A stretch of DNA of 64,000 bases, taken from positions 5,208,001 through 5,272,000 of the forward strand of contig CM060731.1 of NCBI GenBank assembly GCA_030704615.1, in the 5' to 3' direction. This document shows positions 1 to 16,026 of this stretch, in pieces. Positions within the stretch are counted from its first letter, which is position 1; every line of letters begins with the position of its first letter. A program made the position numbers and the translations under genes. Source of the DNA: Takakia lepidozioides (taxonomy: Eukaryota; Plantae; Bryophyta). The notes under the pieces were generated by a model. The model saw only the letters and a list, made by a program, of their open reading frames with translations. It had not been told where the DNA came from and did not search any database.

Positions 1-2774
1 CATTGCACTTGATACGGTCATACGTAACCAATGTCGGCACCAGAAATGAGTCTGTCTGCTTCAAGAGATGAATGCACTCCATGTCTATGTGCTGTAAAAA
101 AGATATAAGAACATGATAAAAGGTCATTAAGGATACAAACCACAAGTGGGTGCAACCAACGTTTCCGAGCAAACATTATGGAAAATAATTTCTCAACGTG
201 TGAAGACACGTTGCCAAGGAGCTCAAAATGTGAAAAATTGAAAGCAAACAAACAGAAGATGAAAAAAGAAAAGAAAAGATCCAACCATGCCAATGAAATA
301 AAGGTGCACTTTAAGAAAGAAAAACTCTTCTGTCTAGCAGAACAATATATTACTTCGACCAGAAAAAACCTCGAAGTCATGACGAGGGAAAGAGACATTG
401 CCATGTTCGATGGAGCGAACTCCTAACTCGAGGCAACGTTTGATAGCAGCTGCAGTGTATGCATGTGCACATACATATGTGCCTGCATGCCTAGCCTCCT
501 CCACGATTGCTGATATCTCCTCTGCAGAAAACTACCCAACCCCAACGAGTTTTATCAAGTACACACATTTGTGAAGCTAAAACAGATGGAAAATGGTTGT
601 GCACAATCAACTGCGTAAGATGAATTAGGACATAGAAAAGCTTGAGAAGGTACAAAAATACTGATGACATGTGGTAGTCAGCAGCACTCTTCACCCTCTA
701 AGGCAACTACTTCCATTAACAGAGGTTAACACCTTCCAATTGTTGTCACCATGTATCGTGGTTGCCCCCTAGTTCTCCCCTCAAGGATTCAGTACATGCA
801 AAAAGGTGAATCTACACATAAAACCCTAGCCTGACAAGTGCAACTATAAGACCATCACATTCAATGAGTTTTTAAGAGGATCACAATGCTTGTTTTCAGT
901 CTAAAACCTGTAGGTTAGAAAGGCGGTCGGTGGGGGATGAAACACCACCAGACGCCATGATCTTGATCTGGTGAGCACCTTTACGAAGTTCCTCTCGGGC
1001 AGCTACACGGACTTGGTCCACCCCATCGCACACTCGGCCCAATGATAGGGGACAGCAGCTGGGCTCTCTGTCTTCTCCGCGAAGCCGCATATCCCCATGC
1101 CCGCCCGTCTGAGAGAGTGCAGTCCCACTAAAGAGTATGCGTGGCCCTAGGATGGTCCCTTCCTCCACTGCCTGGGACCTCCAGTCACTATATGTCAGAA
1201 AACACAATTCCAGTAAAAAATCATGAATGAGAAGAATAAATAGGAACAGCGGCCAATTTTTCTTGGTTTTTTCTGAGACCTCCCGAGCTTAACTTGCTTT
1301 CCACTTGTAAGGCACCGCTTGGAAAATTCCATCTTGTCCTTACACCGGTAAGGTTAATCGTGCATTCACTTACAGCAATTTCGGACAGGAATTCAGGCTA
1401 CCGCCCTTGTGCCATCCAATCCACAATTGCAAGAAGGCATGCATGCATGGAACTTACTCTATCCTGTAAGTCCAACCAGAGTAGTGTCAAAGAAGCATAA
1501 TGCATGGGGCTACTGTCTTACCCTTCGGAATGTGAGGACATCCCTACCGACAATTCTTATATGCAATAGAAGTTGCAGCTTTTGCGGTAGCCAGGGATTT
1601 TCAGAGCAGTACTGGGCATATCTCACCTTAGCAAGGCCCCAGTCGCATCCGCCAGCATCTCGAACAGTTGTAAATCCACGCATCAACATGTCTCGAAGTA
1701 TCACTGAAGCACGTGCAGTCACGAGGCTATGAGGCAACACTAGCAAGTCATGCAAGTTGGCCGATACAGCAGTCACATGGACATGGGCATCACAGAGACC
1801 TGGAAGCACGTATGCTCCATGGATGTCTACTGTCTGTTGCATCCCCTCACACACAGCATTGCAATCAGAAATCAGTAATGTTTGGAGGGATACATAATTG
1901 GCACCTGTTGTGCTAACAATAATCGAAAGTGAACAGAGCCTTTACAAGCTTTTGTTCTTGTGCTCAAATCTATTGTTGTCCAATGCATAACTTAGCTTTA
2001 CAAGGCATTTCAGCTTCTGTGTCAAATGCAATAGGCCCATGAACATTAGTATGGACTTTCGCGGTATGATAATCCTCATGATTGCAGAGAAAAACCCACA
2101 AAAAAAATGTAACTAATGTAACTAGATATGCGTCGAAGGTAGCCAGGACCCTTTACCATGGACCATCTGCTGCTAGATCCTTCGTGTAGAGGAAATTTTG
2201 TGGCCACAGCCTGCACAGAGAGAACTTGCAATCCCTTGATGGAGACGAAACAAAAATGCTTGCCATGGCAGCTGCCTACCTTTGAGGAGGTGGATGCCTT
2301 GTTTTGGCAGTAATCCAAGCTTTGTAATTTCAAAAGTCATCCCCTAGGAACCAGACACAATCGGATGACCTCTCAACCCATCATCCCTGTGTCCACTAGA
2401 CCAGCCAACCGAACTCCAAACTTTCCAGATCTGTAATGATTTGATGAGGTAGGTCACTCTAATCTTAAGAAGAAATCCCATTTAACCTCGGAAACAACCA
2501 CTACGAAACACATTACTGCATGGACAATCTGCCGATCTAACAATCTTGTGGGTCATAATTATCTGATTCCAATCTGTGCAGTCGCGTGAGAGAGAGAGAC
2601 CTGAGATGCTGCGGGGGGAGAAGGCCCGACGTACGCTATCCGCTTGTCCTTCACCAACACATGCACCCCGGGAGTGACTTCCACCTCGCCATTCATGCTT
2701 ATCACGTTACAATTCCGCAGCAATAACCCCCCTCCGCCTTTCTCCCACACCTGCTCCGAATCCTCCATCCCCAA
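1..2774 (-). CDS. Metal-dependent amidohydrolase (Xaa-Pro dipeptidase/prolidase-like, Amidohydro_1); 3' end runs off the window
   Basis: Exons 2601-2774, 1627-1845, 908-1171, 397-531 and 1-91 join in frame across GT-AG introns. Motifs: LPGLCDAHVH (HxH), GFTTVRDAGG, SQTGGHGD, QIKIMASGGV, AHAY, SIEHGN, FLVPTLVTY. Confidence 0.88.
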
Positions 2775-3024
2775 TGACTATCACCACCTCATCACACACT
2801 CGCCTACTCCTTACGACACTTTTGAGCTACCATCTCCACAATCTGGCCACGCTCATGCACAATACCCCATTCCCGGCGCTTTCATCCGAATCCCTCTGGT
2901 CGGGCCAGTGACAACCTCCTTCTGAAGCTTAGGAACTAAAGGGTGAGTCAACGAGTCAGACCTTCGCATCCTCGGCAACCAGAATCTCTACTACAATATT
3001 GTCCGGACACACAGACACTTCAAT

Positions 3025-3388
3025 AGAGTTATCCGTAAAGTGAGCCTGAGTTTGGTACCCTGTTTGGACCCGAGTTACGGGTTTCATCCTGAGTTTGAGT
3101 TAATCCGTAAAGTGCAGAAAACTGAGCACGAAGTCAGAAAAGAGGGCACCAAATCATAAACTGGGGATGAGGGCAACCGCTGCTATGGCGCGAGCTCGTG
3201 AGCTCTGACCGCCTCCACCTCCACGACTAACAAAACTCGGCTCCAAACTCCTGCCACCCCATTTTCCTAGTCCTGGCAGTTTGGTCCAGTGTTTTTTTCT
3301 AGTCGTTCCTGAGTTTGGAGTTTCATACCGAGTTTTGGCCAAACTCAGGGTTCTCATGCCGAGTTTGAGACCCTTTACGGATAACTCT
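3025..3388. mobile_element. MITE (Tourist/PIF-like)
   Basis: Perfect 16-bp TIRs AGAGTTATCCGTAAAG (3025-3040) and CTTTACGGATAACTCT (3373-3388), flanked by a 3-bp direct repeat AAT; internal GAGTTTG/CAAACTC motifs; non-coding. Confidence 0.75.
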
Positions 3389-3849
3389 AATATGGGATGG
3401 ACGTCTTTCAGACTTTGAGAGAGTTTTGGCATCCATCATCCGTTTGGTGACCAGCGCTTCCGACAGACTAGAGACCTCATCAGCAACTGGGATCGATGAG
3501 CAATGAGCATCATAGGTTCCGAAGCACAGCATCTGATAAAGCTTAGGAATCTCGAGGACAACTGAGCCTAGGAATCCGGACTTGCAGCAGCAGGGATAAG
3601 CTTACGTCGTAGTGAGACAGAGATGAGCTGGAAATATGACGTCGACCACTGAGCTGGCATTGAGAGTAACCCGAGTTCTACAGGTGATAAGGTAACCCCA
3701 CCAGAATGGCTCAGTGGGTCCTCTTCACAAGTACGTTGAGAACAACAAATGCTACAGAGACTCCCATTGCCTACGCAATACTGCTGATAAACATTCCGCC
3801 CACGAGGATAAGTGGGATTGCCGGTAGATTGCAGAAGGAGAGCCAGTAC

Positions 3850-4535
3850 TCTTTTCCTGATCATCTCAACCTCTGTGTCTTCCAAATCCATGGGAGTCCT
3901 CACCTCTCTCTTCGAGAAATGCCGTCACTTCTCTTTTCGGTAAATTCCAGGCCAATCCTCCACACATGCACCATGTGGCGGCAATTCATACAGGAATCCC
4001 GAGGTGGGCGAGGACTGCTATGAGGGCCCGGTCCTTCGTTCGCGCTTCAACCTCTGAGAGGAAGGACAGAAAGATAGTGTCCGTGCGCATGCGGCATCTG
4101 AGTAGTGATGAAGTACTGCACAATGTAGCTTGACAAATCGTGTGTACCAAGAATGTTGGGAGGTCAGCAACGCGTACCAATGGTGAAAACCCGGGCAGGC
4201 AAGTGATGGGGCGAGCAAGAGCTACTAACTCCTCAGCAGTCTGGGCTGGGAGTAGAGATTGGTTCAGCGGAGCGGAAGATTGTGGGGGGTGGTAGAGGTA
4301 TGAGGCCCTCAGCAATCAACTTTGGAATTTTGTCGAAAGTATAAATGGAAGCTGTAGTGGGCGTGGTCAATGCTGCAACCTGAATGCCAAATATATTGCC
4401 TGGCCTGTGCGTGAATGACATGTTGATGTCAGTGATGATGCATGTCACCGGGGACTCTACAATTACTTGCTCTATAAACTCCTCAAACACACCAGGCCAA
4501 TGTTCCTCCAAATGTTCCTCCAATTTTGCAGTCAA
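3850..4535 (-). pseudogene. UDP-glycosyltransferase (family 1) fragment
   Basis: Fragments PVTCIITDINMSF...IPKLIAEGLIP, ITCLPGFSPLVRVADLPTFL and MNCRHMVHVWRIGLEF resemble plant UGTs. Frameshifted, no intact PSPG box seen, 5' end cut near the Harbinger insertion. Confidence 0.7.
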
Positions 4536-4815
4536 GCATGGTATAACTTATCCGCAGTGCGAGGGTGATCTTGATAGCAGGGCCACACTGGACGCAGGGC
4601 ACGTTGGGACTCAGGACGGATAGCCTTGCTGGACGGACGCAGCGTGGCGGCCACACAGGCCAACGTCACGGTTTGCGTTCTCTACGTGGCCTACAGAAGA
4701 GTGGTCGACATCCTGGCCCCTCCAACGGCCCACGTTCTTTCACCCTTTCATCTTCTATCTTACAAGTTACCTGCAATGCATCACGGCAGGGGATCCACTT
4801 GAGTTCCCTTGTTAA

Positions 4816-5920
4816 GTGCGACCCACAGGACCTGTAGCTTACGTTTTCTTGCAAAGAGTGTTGGAGAACAATGGAGCCTACAGAATTCTTGATATTATCA
4901 CCCTTTTTTGCTTGCAACTGATGCAGATTCGATATTACACATTTTTCTTCTATTATATACGGTCGTGGTGGGTGAGTATGTGCAGAGAAGACAGAAACAC
5001 AGGTGAGTCTTCTAGTCACATTTGGAGAACAACTCATAATGATGTTTGGCATTGTAGTGCACAGGTACAAGATTCTGTGTGGCTGGAAACATACATGATG
5101 AAATACGCAACATTTAGAAGGCTCTGCAATTTATTGACTCCTTTCATTCAGAGACAGACAACAAACTGGCGGAAGCCAATCGAGATTGATAGAGCAGTTG
5201 CTACGGTTTTACATAAGTTGGCATTTGGGTACTCCAATAGGCTTGTAGCCAATCTATTCTGCGTTGGGCGTAATACTGTGTACTTATATACCAAGTTTAT
5301 CACCGAATGTCTATCTAACAAATATATGTTGAACTAATCTCATTTTGTGAGCATTCCTGAGGGAGAACGTGTAGGGTCTATTATACAGGGATTCTAAGAT
5401 GTTACAGGTTTAGGGTACCAGCTATAGGCGGCTCCCACAATAGATTGGCCGAAAAGCCAGACATAATTTATGTCCCAACTGACTATTGGAGCTTCTTCAC
5501 TGTATCGCAAATTTATAAATAGAGAAATACTGCAATAGCATGTGGTGACAATGTCGGGAGTGCGAATTCAACCTTACATTGTTGGGGATTTTGCCTATCC
5601 TCTGACAAAAGCATTCTTAGCTAGGGAGTGTGGAGACTGGCCTGTCAATGACACCTACGATAGGAATTTGTGCAAAGCAAAGAGTCCGAATTGAAAATTC
5701 GTTTGGACAACTTAAAAACAGATGGAGGGTGTTGAAGTGCTTGAATTTCTCAGTTCCATATGCGGCTCAAATTACTTTGGCATGTGTTGCTTTACACAAC
5801 TTCTGCAAGATGTGTGGAGAAGAAGCAATGGAAGACCCCACAGACGGTGGAAACTACTACCCAAATTTGAATGTCAATCTTGTTCCTAGAATCCCTGACA
5901 ATGAGAGAGTATCTAGATAG
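4816..5920 (+). pseudogene. Harbinger/PIF DDE transposase (HARBI1/ALP1-like), disrupted
   Basis: MKYATFRRLCNLL...KPIEIDRAVATVLHKLAFG...VANLFCVGRNTV, IVGDFAYPL, RVRIENSFGQLKNRWRVL, ITLACVALHNFC; internal stops and frameshifts. Confidence 0.85.
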
Positions 5921-6427
5921 TATGAGAACAAAATTGATACAAAGTACACTTCTACAACATTGGGCTAAACATAGACACCACGACTAGAATGAGAATTTGT
6001 TTCTTCAATGTATTCTGAAGTTAGTACAACAAAGGCTTTTTGGCCACACTTTCCAATTGTCAATAGGAGTCATGTAGAGAGAGAAAAGAAGAAAACTCCG
6101 GACGAAGCCGGCGTAACTAAGAGCTACTTCGCCTCACGGCTACTGCCCCATTTCAGGGGTGGGCCCTATAAAGGGGAGTCATCTAATTGTATCACTACAT
6201 TTAGTACACTCACTCTCATTGCCATGAAATTGATTATTTATTTTTAGAGCTTCCAAACTCTAACTTCATACGAAAAATCTTCATCTTCAAGTTCTCCGCA
6301 CGAGCCAACTGTTGATGTGCCATTGCTTGTTTGCTTTTATGAAGACACACTTCTCATTCCGGCCGTTCAGAGTGCATTTGGTGTGCCAATGCCATGTGGT
6401 CCCGTGCGAATTGAAATTTGGTCTCCT

Positions 6428-7050
6428 CTAAACTTTGGCAAGTGTCTCCAATAAGGACTCTGCAATGGGCCGAGATAAGGTCAAATTATGTTGGCTTGCA
6501 CGTTGCTTATTCAGTCTCCCCTCCACACGAGGCAATTTGTACACTCTCTCCCTTGGTGACCTATGGCTAGGTTCTCCCGGAGGGGTTGATTCTATCTCTT
6601 CCACATCCGGTGCAGAGGTCGACCTTCCTTGTCGAGGACTACCAGGTGGAGTCGCAATTGTGCACTCCTCGTTCAAATCAAAATGTTCATAATCTTGCAA
6701 ATCCACAACTCGACCAGTGTACTTGACTTTCTTACCTCCATCTTTGGCCCCTCGAATATCTGCTGCTTTTGGTGTACAACCCCACAGTTGTCGCATTTGT
6801 CATAGAAATGTCAGTCCGATGGCACTCCTCCTAAAGTCTTCACAACTTCCTCTCGTTTTTTTTTGTACCGCTTCTTCATGCTGTCGTTGACCGCATCTGT
6901 GCTTGAGTTGCATTTCTTCCAGGTCGTTCGATGACATCTGCTACAAAGTCTATCCATTGGCTCTGTCACAAGTCCCCACGCTTCCTATACATATATTTGT
7001 CAGCCCAAATGTCCATGAAGATATCTGTCAAAGTGTATGTCCATACAAAG
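6428..7050 (-). pseudogene. Harbinger-associated Myb/SANT (trihelix-like) DNA-binding protein, disrupted
   Basis: DIFMDIWADKYMYRKRGDL*QSQWIDFVADV and SMKKRYKK...HFYDKMRQLWG fragments, followed by a low-complexity tail; contains stops and frameshifts. Confidence 0.6.
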
Positions 7051-9044
7051 CTGGCCGCTTTCGTAATAGCCGTTGATATGTTGTTGGATGAAGCCATACC
7101 TGGAAACCAAATCACATTTTACAATCAATGGCTCAGAGCCTTAGAGAGGGAAACACAAGGTTGGAGTAGCAAAATGTTAAAAAAAAAAATAGAATCATCT
7201 CAAATTGTAGGTCTGAGAACCCCTTTGGCATTGCATGGGGCCCTCACAAGTTTGCCTACATCTTTTGACCAATGCCACTACCTGGAACATGGATACCTGC
7301 AATGGGAGCCTTGACGAGGCCTACACAAGGATTGAGCAAGACTTATGTACATTCACAAAGATATCATATTTCAGGTCTGAGTAACCCACTAGTTATTGAA
7401 ACAGGAATGAGGAATTCAATGAAGAGGTCAAAGAAGGGCCTATATGTTTTGATCAAGTCTGTGACATGGACCAGTGGAAAAATAACCACTGGGATCCATA
7501 GAGGCTAGAACGCATGGGGAACCTCCCAGAAACCAAGCGAGCTAAAAAGGGATTCAAGCTAGCCTACGAGCTGCAGGCTAAGTATCAAGCAAGAGAACTG
7601 AAAATCCAGAGCGCATCCTGGAACAATCCCAAAGCCAGGGCTAAAGAAGAACAAAAGGATAATCAACCAAAAGAAAGGAAGGATAGCATCTTTGTAAGAG
7701 AGAAAGCCCAAAGGCCTTGCTAAACACAGAGACAGGTAAGAGCAAAACACATATGCAGCTAAGTAGCATCTCCAAAGTTCAGATGAGTCTTGGGGGAGCT
7801 CTGAATTTCACTTGATTCGAATGTCAAATGAGCGGGAGCAGAGGACTAAGTTCGTGCCCCAGGAGTTGTCGAATGCTGAAAGAAGTTGTCGTTGCAATAA
7901 TCAATTCAAAGTAAATCCTAAAGAGATTACTGGGCCTTGCCTTCAAGAGCAAGAGAGCATCTAGATCTCCAAATATGACATGTTAATTTATTATGGCATT
8001 GTTTGCATTTTTCTTGGGCCTTGCGTCTAGAGCCCACTACTTAATAAGTTAGTAAATAGTAAGAGGCAAGGGGCATCTCCTTTATATACCCTCTGAGGGT
8101 GGTGGGACCTTTGTAGAAGCTCACCCACCCCTCAAGCGGTTGGACCCTTCTAGAAGGTTGCCCTGGGACACATGTCACCCTTAGAAACCACCACGTGATA
8201 CCTTTTTTACCCCAATTTAGCGCCTAAACCATCCCCAATTTAATAGCTCTCGCCTTCCTCCCTTCTTTTTTCTTACCCCCTTATATGATGTTTATTAATC
8301 CGAATCCTGGTGTAGCTTAATATAACCCCCACTTTTAAATTGCTAGACCACCCTCTAATCTTCACACCTGACACAAACCTGGGGCCTTTATTTGAGGATA
8401 GCCCATAGGGCCAATGGGAATTCAATGTTTTTTTCCCAATACAATAAAGTGATGATCTCTGAATGTGATTTGTATTATAGCATGTAAGATAGAAAAGCTG
8501 GAGAGGTACTTTAATAAGCTTCTTACTAAATTTCACTACAGAAGAAGCAGAAGATCTTTCAACTACGTGGGCTCACCAGTGGGCTGCTTGATAGCAGGGC
8601 CACAATAGACGCATGCGCCCACCGGACACAGCTCCCACGCTTCGGCGCGCAGCTGTGCCAGAGCGTCCCGAGACGCCGTTCATAGCTCCGCGCAACGCAT
8701 TTCGAAATGGCGTCAAGCTTTGCGTCCGTCCCCATAACGCACGTCCCGGGCCCCGCGCGTCATTTGGGATCTTGGCACCTATCCAAGATGAACTCTTTTC
8801 CACCTTAGTAAATTATCCCCACAACTCATACAGTCATTTTTCGACAAGGAACCAACAATGACCGTGACGTGAAGTAGGGAAGGGAAGAAGAGATGATTCT
8901 ACAACAGTGAACATGACATGTATGATTTTGTGTTCTTGAATAGATTCTACACTCAAACCTGATTTGTGCCCCTCTAAGGCCTCCATTGCACCGAGCCTCC
9001 CTGAAAATGGTGGCCTTCGTCAAAAAATAAGAGGCCCTCTCCAA

Positions 9045-11420
<2,376 letters not shown>

Positions 11421-12099
11421 CTGCAAGCGTCCAAAGAACAAAGGGGTAAGCTAACGATTGTTAGAATGACACTTCACCATAATACTAACCAGCATAAACC
11501 AGAACAAACGTAACACAGGTGACAAAAAGTGATCTTCTCAAGTGATGCTAGGCATCCCACAAAGTCCTGGAGCCACACCCATCTGATGCAGCGGTAGAAG
11601 AGAACAAGTGTAGCAAGTGCAGCTAGCATCAGTAATGGCCCCATCCTTCCCTCAAATTCAGAGGTGTGGCCTCTTGCATCTGACAAGTGGTCAGTGCTGA
11701 AGCCTAGATATACTTCATGGGTATGAGCATCAAGAGTTCTCAGAACTGTGGGACTTACGCATGGCAGCTGTTTTGGGATCCAACACCCAGGCAGCAGTTA
11801 TTTCCTCTCGTAGAAGCTTGTCTGGGACATTCAATTTCTCAACCAGTACCTGAAGAAAACAGACAGATTCATTCTTTAGCTACTCTTGACTTTCCTAATA
11901 CATCGTTCCCAATCTCCTTCTGTATACCAGAAACACTGATGGTGGGACAGGCTGCAAAAGAATCCAACCCTATTCATCGCTACCAACATTGAAACGCTCA
12001 AGTAGCAATGTACCTATGATCAAGTTAGGATCATAACAAGCTAAAGAAAGCTCTTCAGTTGGTAGCCAAAGCCAACTCAACGTGTCTAGATACTGAATT

Positions 12100-12506
12100 A
12101 GCTTGAACAGTGGGTGACACAACATTGAATTTTGACAAGACCCTCTCTTCTTCTCCACATTTGGGTTCTCAATCCTTGTGTAGGACTCCATAAGGCTCCC
12201 ATATTATGTCTCCATGCTCCATTTCGTGGAGCTGGTCCAAAGATATAGACCTCCTTTGGAGGTGCTCATCCAATGCCAAAGTAGCTTGCAGTGGGTGTCT
12301 TAGACCTGAATTTTGACAAGACCCTCTATTTTTTTCCACTTTTGGGTTCTCAATCCTTGTGTAGGCCTCCATAAGGCTTCCATACCATGTCTCCATGCTC
12401 CATTTCATGGAGGTGGTAAAAAGTTAGGGTCCCCCTTGTGAAGTGAGAATTCCATGCCAAAGTAGCTTGAGAGTGGGTATCTTAGACCTGAATTTTGACA
12501 AGACCC
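12100..12506. repeat. About 180-bp tandem repeat, 2-3 copies, third cut by the copia LTR
   Basis: GAATTTTGACAAGACCCT recurs at about 12128, 12309 and 12490; TTTGGGTTCTCAATCCTTGTGTAGG recurs in the first two copies. Confidence 0.75.
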
Positions 12507-12854
12507 TATTGAAATACAAGTATTACTAATAACTAATACAATGTAGAACAAGACAGAAGCAGAATTGTATTGCTATACTCAGCAAAAGGAAGACTCGTTA
12601 ATGAGATCAAATAAGCTTGTGTGATTCATAGTACTACAACTTGATCAGAGAGCTGCAACTACGTGATAAAAATAAAGTGACGCACACTCACAACAGCGTG
12701 ACCCAGTCCTCAGGCAAAATTGCCGCGCATAAGCCTATTCAAAATCAGCCAGTTGTCAATACGTGTAATCTAAGTTACTAATTTAGCACAGTAACTAGCA
12801 TGAGTCCAAGTAACTAATTAACAAATAAACAGTCTTTCAGAAATAATTCCAATA
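12507..12854 (-). repeat. 3' LTR of copia A (TA...TA termini)
   Basis: Bounded by the imperfect inverted termini TATTGAAAT and ATTCCAATA; directly abuts the PPT complement CTCCCACTCA. Confidence 0.6.
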
Positions 12855-15713
12855 CTCCCACTCAGTATACTTTGTTAACTAGTGCACTGTCTGCCTCTCA
12901 TTACTCCCACTCGGGACACTACGTTAACCTGTATGTGCACCAAAGAGCGAAGCTTTATGAACTTGTCAGGAGCCAAAGCTTTTGTAAAAATGTTAGCCAA
13001 CTGATCATTTGTGCCGATGTAATGAATATCAATCTCCCCATTTTGGTGATGCTCACGGATAATATGATATTGGACATCTATGTGTTTTGTGCGCTTGTGG
13101 TATTCCGGATTATGCACAAAGCGAATGCATCCCTGGTTATCACTGTATAGGTACGTTGCTACTTCCTGCGGATAACCAATGCTGGTTAAAAGCCTTCGAG
13201 CCCACACAGTTTCCTTTGTTGTGTGACAGGCTGCTACATACTATCAGTTGTGGACCCTGCGGTACATTGATGTTTCCTGCTGCTCCACATAATAGGGCCA
13301 TTATTCAAGAAAAGCACACAACCACTACGTGATTTCCTGTCGTCTAAGTCACCAGCAAAGTCAGCGTCACATTAGGTAGTGATCTTTTGACCATCACCGC
13401 CACTGTAGCAGATAGAGAAGTCCTTAGTGCCTTTAAGGTACTTCATGATCCTGCGGACTGCAGTGCAGTGTATTCTTTTCAGGTTCTTCGAGAACTTGGA
13501 AACATAGCTGATAGCATAGTTCAAATCTGGTCGAGTTCCCAGCATGCAAAACATTATACTGCCAACAATTTCAGAGTAGGTAATAGACTCTGAGTGTTCA
13601 TCGTCATCTGCAGTATTGAGGCACAAGTGAACATTTGGGTCTGCAGGTGTGGAAACCGGATTTGCAGCATCAAAACCAAATTTCCTCAAGATCTTGGCAA
13701 TATAGTGAACTTGGTCAATGTAGAGTAGCCCGACATCTCGATTTCTGGTTATGTGGAGGCCAACATAACAATCTGCTGCACCACTCTTAGTTTCAAACAT
13801 TGTGTTTAGGTAGGCCACCATTGCATGAAGCGTATCCTGGCTAAGGCAACACCCGAGACCATCATCGACAAAAATGGTAATAATGATCTGAAGTTCCTTG
13901 CTCCTGAAAAACACGCATGGACCGGCTGTGCTTTGAACAAGTTCATATCGCCTCAGAAAGGCTGTAAACTTGTCATTCCAAACCCTTGAGGCTTGTTTTA
14001 GGCCGTATAGAATTTTTTAAGCCTGCACACCTTTCCTGGTTGACCTTCAACTTCGAAACCTTGAGGTTGAACCATGTAAATTTCCTCCGTCAATTCTCCA
14101 TACAAGAAAGCAGTTTTGACGTCAAATTGAATCATCTCCATATTTTCTCTGGCTGCGATGGCTAGCACTGTCCTTATAGAGTCATATTTCACGACAAGAG
14201 CAAAGGTTTCTTCGTAATCAAGACCATACTGCTGTGAATAGCCTTTCGCCACAAGCCTGGCCTTAAAACGCTCTACGATCCCAGCAGATGTAGTTTTTAC
14301 TTTATAAACCCATTTGTGGGAGATCCATCAGTTCCCACGTTTGGTTCTGAATCAGAGAATTGAACTCTTCTTGCATAGCCATTTGTCACTCATTCTTTTG
14401 CTTTGATTTGTTGGCTTCCACAAAAGATCGAGGCTCCTCAATCTCTGATCCAACTAGACATGCAAGAGATGGTCCTGTTCTGCTGCTTTCAGTATGATAA
14501 GCCCAGTCACCATACCTGACTGGCGGTTTTCTTGTTCGTGGAGGGAGGACCTCTTCAGTAGTATCAGGACAGGCACCATCAATGATATTAGGTCCTGCCA
14601 CATCAACAACAGGTCCTTGCATATCACCTGCGTCTGGTCCTTGCACATCATTAGCATTTGGTTCGACCTGAGATTCTTGTAAATCGTGAAATGCCGTTGT
14701 GCAATTAGCGGTTTCATTTGCCAAATATGGCCACTCCTCGTGAACAGAGACATCTAGATTCCCTTGAATCTGACCTTCATTCAGGGAAGATTGTCTTGCA
14801 GATAAGTCCTCGTTGAAAACAACATCCCGACTCACTACAACCTTTTTTCTCTGTTTGTCCCATAGACGATAGGCCTTGCTCTCATCACAATAGCCAAGAA
14901 ACATACATTTTCGACTTTTTGAATCAAGCTTGGCTCTGAGTTTCTTCGGAACATGAACAAAGGCATCATAGCCGAACACACGTAGATGTCCCACTGTGGG
15001 TTTCTCACCCTTCCACGCTTCAATGGGGGTTCTCCCTTTCAAACTTCTGCTTCTCGTTCGATTCAACACATAATCCGCTGTGTGTATAGCCTCAGCCCAA
15101 AAGATTGGACTAGTTCCACTATCATGGATCATGCTCTTTGCACTTTCTACAATAGTGCGGTTGTCTCTTTCCGAAACTCAGTTCTGTTCAGGGCTATAAG
15201 AAGCAGTTGTTTCATGATGAATACCCGCCTCTTCAAGGTACCTCTGAAAATCGCCGCTGAGATATTTGCCGCCTCTGTCACTCTGAATCCTCAAGATCTT
15301 ATTTCCTGTTTCCCTGAGAGTTAGATGTAACATCTTCTTGAAACAAGCCATCACCTCAGATTTTGCAGCTACACAATAAACCAGTCGAAACCCTGAGTAA
15401 TCATCTTTGAATAAGACATAATACATAGATCCTCCAAGTGACTGCTGCATTGGTCCACACACGTCCGTGTGGATTAGCTCTCCTGGTTTGGATACCTTGC
15501 TTCTTTCTGCATGGGTTGGAAACATCAGTCTCCGGTTCTTACCATGTGCACACCCTTCACAGAATGGCATATCAGACCCCTTATCCACAATCGTCAGTCC
15601 CTCAACCACTCATGTTGCTTCCATGTGTTTGATCATTGTTGAACTTACATGACCAAACCTCTGATGCCACAATTTCAGACTCTTCTTGGTTCCAAGCTCC
15701 CCGCTGACGGCAC
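12507..15713 (-). mobile_element. Ty1/copia LTR retrotransposon A (3' half: integrase, RT, RNase H, 3' LTR), degenerate
   Basis: LWHQRFGH, IHTDVCGPM, IQSDRGG, WAEAIHTADYVLNR, AKGYSQQYGLDYEETF, QFDVKTAFLYG, IFVDDG, SDNQG, HKRTKHIDV; PPT at about 12855-12864. Confidence 0.92.
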
Positions 15714-16026
15714 TGTTGAGTTTTGCTAATCAGTCTGCTTCCACTAGCTCTTAGATCACATACTAACCACAATCATGCAATGAAGTACACACAAGAAAGG
15801 AGTAACAAATGAATAAGCTTGAATTGTATTGAGCCAAAAGTATAATCTGTTGTACTATGCACACTCCGCTAACTGCATAAAGCTACATTGTATGAGAGTC
15901 ACCTACTGTCGCTATGGTTCACTGATCGATAAGCGAAGCAGCGGCAGTCATCGCCCTATATCTATTCTGAACTACTCAAAAGTGAAATAGCAAGAAATCT
16001 ACTGTCAAGAAACAAGAGGGCCGTTA
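15714..16026 (-). repeat. LTR of copia B (3' copy)
   Basis: Near-identical to 19518-19827 (about 7 substitutions and one 3-bp indel by eye). Confidence 0.9.

Larger units (their letters stand above)
4579..7100. mobile_element. Degenerate PIF/Harbinger DNA transposon (boundaries approximate)
   Basis: Convergent transposase (+) and Myb/SANT (-) remnants, the canonical two-gene Harbinger layout; candidate terminus AGGGCCACACTGGACG near 4579. Confidence 0.75.

Noticed and set aside
7120-8570. Possible solo LTR or other TE fragment
   Set aside because: It has a TATA-like and promoter-like appearance, but I found no termini, TSD or coding homology to support a call.
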